This document shows positions 61,370 to 64,000 of a DNA stretch of 64,000 nt, in pieces. How positions within the stretch are numbered: position 1 is the stretch's first letter; each line of letters opens with the position of its first letter. The translations under genes were made by a program, and so were the position numbers. Origin of the DNA: Mobula hypostoma (lineage: Eukaryota); assembly GCF_963921235.1 (NCBI RefSeq), contig NC_086097.1:682001-746000 (forward strand), read 5' to 3'. The notes beneath the pieces were generated by a model. That model had not been told where the DNA came from. It saw only the letters and a program-made list of their open reading frames with translations, and ran no database searches.

Positions 61370-62560
61370 AACTGAAGGAAGAGTTAGTAAGAGATTTGAA
61401 AGTGGGAGGGGGAGGGGGAGATCCAAAATGATAGGAGAAGACAGGAGGGGGAGGGATGGAGCGAAGAGCTGGACAGGTGATTGGCAAAGGGGATCTGCTC
61501 TCAGGATGAGGCTTTTCATTCCAGGACGAGGGAGATGTCCTCCTTTTTTAAAGAAAGGGGCTTCCCTTCCTCCACTATCAACTCTGCTCTCAAACGCATC
61601 TTCTCCATTTCACTCACATCTGCTCTCACTCCATCCTCCCGTCACCCCACTAGGAATAGGGTTCCCCTGGTCCTCACCTACCACCCCACCAGCCTCCGGG
61701 TCCAACATAATATTCTCCGTAACTTCTGCCACCTCCAACGGGATCCCACCACTAAGCACATCTTTCCCTCCCCCCCTCTGCTTTCCGCAGGGATCACTCC
61801 CTACGCGACTCCCTTGTCCATTCGTCCCCCCCATCCCTCCCCACTGATCTCCCTCCTGGCACTTATCCTTGTAAGCGGAACAAGTGCTACACATGCCCTT
61901 ACACTTCCACCCTCACCACCATTCAGGGCCCCAGACAGTCCTTCCAAGTGAGGTGACACTTCACCTGTGAGTCGGCTGGGGTGATATACTGCGTTCGGTG
62001 CTCCCGATGTGGCCTTCTATATACTGGTGAGACCCGACGCAGACTGGGAGACCGCTTTGCTGAACACCTACGCTCTGTCCGCCAGAGAAAGCAGGATCTC
62101 CCAGTGGCCACACATTTTAATTCCACATCCCATTCCCATTCTGACATGTCTATCCATGGCCTCCTCTACTCTAAAGATGAAGCCACACTCAGGTTGGAGG
62201 AACAACACCTTATATTCCGTCTCCAACCTGATGGTATGAACATCGACTTCTCTAACTTCCACTAATGCCCCACCTCCCCCTCGTACCCCATCCGTTATTT
62301 ATTTTTATACACACATTCTTTCTCTCACTCTCCTTTTTCTCCCTCTGTCCCTCTGACTATACCCCTTGCCCATCCTCTGGGTTCCCCTCCCCACCTGTCT
62401 TTCTCCCCGGACCTCCTGTCCCATGATCCTCTCATATCCCCTTTGCCAATCACCTGTCCAGCTCTTGGCTCCATCCCTCGCCCTCCTGTCTTCTCCTATC
62501 ATTTTGGATCTCCCCCTCCCCCTCCCACTTTCAAATCTCTTACTAACTCTTCCTTCAGTT

Positions 62561-62596
62561 AGTTCTGACGAAGGGTCTCGGCCTGAAACGTCGACT
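62561..62596 (+). ncRNA. Minimal hammerhead motif in the 3' terminal repeat
   Basis: agtt CTGACGA agggtctcggcct GAAA C GTC gact. Confidence 0.65.
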
Positions 62597-62725
62597 GTAC
62601 CTCTTCCTAGAGATGCTGCCTGGCCTGCTGCGTTCACCAGCAACTTTGATGGCTGAGGTCTTATAAGCATTTATGATACCCCACGGAGTATTGTGAGCAG
62701 TTTTAGGCTTCTTATTTAAGAAATT

Positions 62726-63731
62726 ATAGAAACATAGAAACATAGAAAATAGGTGCAGGAGTAGGCCATTCGGCCCTTCGAGCCTGCACCGCCATTTATT
62801 ATGATCATGGCTGATCATCCAACTCAGAACCCAGCCTTCCCTCCATACCCCCTGACCCCTGTAGCCACAAGGGCCATATCTAACTTCCTTTTAAACATAG
62901 CTAATGAACTGGCCTCAACAGTTTGCTGTGGCAGAGAATTCCACAGATTCACCACTCTCTGTGTGAAGAAGTTTTTCCTAATCTCGGTCCTAAAAGGCTT
63001 CCCCTCTATCCTCAAACTGTGACCCCTCGTTCTGGACCTCCCCAACATCGGGAACAATCTTCCCGCATCTAGCCTGTCCAATCGCTTTAGGATCTTATAC
63101 GTTTCAATCAGATCCCCCCTCACTCTTCTAAATTCCAACGAGTACAAGCCCAGTTCATCCAGTCTTTCTTCATATGAAAGACCTGCCATCCCAGGAATCA
63201 ATCTGGTGAACCTTCTTTGTACTCCCTCTATGGCAAAGATGTCTTTCCTCAGATTAGGGGACCAAAACTGCACACAATACTCCAGGTGTGGTCTCACCAA
63301 GGCCTTGTACAACTGCAGTAGTACCTCCCTGCTCCTGTACTCGAATCCTCTCGCTATAAATGCCAGCATACCATTCGCCTTTTTCACCGCCTGCTGTACC
63401 TGCATGCCCACTTTCAATGACTGGTGTATAATGACACCCAGGTCTCGTTGCACCTCCCCTTTTCCTAATCGGCCACCATTCAGATAATAATCTGTTTTCC
63501 TATTTTTGCCACCAAAGTGGATAACTTCACATTTATCCACATTAAATTGCATCTGCCATGAGTTTGCCCACTCACCCAACCTATCCAAGTCACCCTGCAT
63601 CCTCTTAGCATCCTCCTCACTGCTAACACTGCCACCCAGCTTCGTGTCATCCGCAAACTTGGAGATGCTGCATTTAATTCCCTCATCCAAGTCATTAATA
63701 TATATTGTAAACAACTGGGGTCCCAGCACTG
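62726..63731 (-). mobile_element. Young CR1 3' 1 kb (open 301-codon ORF2 remnant)
   Basis: ORF 62824..63729(-) with FADDTK; (TTTCTATG)n tail. Confidence 0.92.
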
Positions 63732-64000
63732 GCGTTGGACAGAATCCAGAGGAGGTTCACGAGAATCATCCCAGGAATGAAAGAGTTAATATATGAGGAG
63801 CAATTGATGGTCCTGCCCCGTACTAGCTGGAATTTAGAAGAACAAGGGGATATCACATTGAAATTTGATACAATAGATGTGGAGAGGATGTTTCATATAG
63901 CGGGTGAGCCCAGGACCAGCGAGCGCAGCTTCAGAATTGAAGAACACTCATTTAGAATGGAGATGAACAAAAGATTTCCTTAGCCCGAGGATGGTGAATA

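Larger units (their letters stand above)
61237..62651 (+). mobile_element. Penelope-like element: inverted terminal repeat (61237 to about 61495) + 5'-truncated body with GIY-YIG + 3' repeat
   Basis: 12-bp TSD GCTGAGGTCTTA (61225-61236 and 62652-62663); VIYCVRCSRCGLLYTGETRRRLGDRFAEH; about 210-bp inverted repeat. Confidence 0.92.

Noticed and set aside
55548..64000. First coding exon of TMEM63C (GLPFGGVPTVL-type motif)
   Set aside because: Looked for in the non-repeat gaps and not found; probably beyond 64000.

Overview
Vertebrate genomic DNA, most likely a cartilaginous fish (inferred from the CR1/Penelope repeat landscape, not proven). One host gene crosses the window on the minus strand. 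Eight internal coding exons of TMEM63C (OSCA/TMEM63 mechanosensitive channel) were found by hand between 55547 and 3329; all have AG/GT boundaries and compatible phases. The first coding exon and the 3' exons were not found and probably lie outside the window. Almost everything else is intronic, often nested transposon sequence: many CR1 LINEs of several subfamilies (one full-length with TSD), Penelope-like elements whose terminal repeats carry minimal hammerhead-ribozyme motifs, Rex/L2-type 3' ends, a PIF/Harbinger non-autonomous element, a decayed hAT transposase, RTE-like fragments and a tRNA-derived SINE. Three observations stand out. (1) All five well-preserved CR1 ORF1/ORF2 junctions carry an in-phase T_TTA_AAC slippery heptamer directly before the ORF1 stop, and ORF2 is in the -1 frame with no upstream AUG, suggesting programmed -1 frameshifting. 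(2) Short hammerhead-bearing units appear to be mobile on their own. (3) A CR1/Penelope mosaic occurs as two inverted copies sharing five junctions. Repeat boundaries without a stated TSD are approximate.
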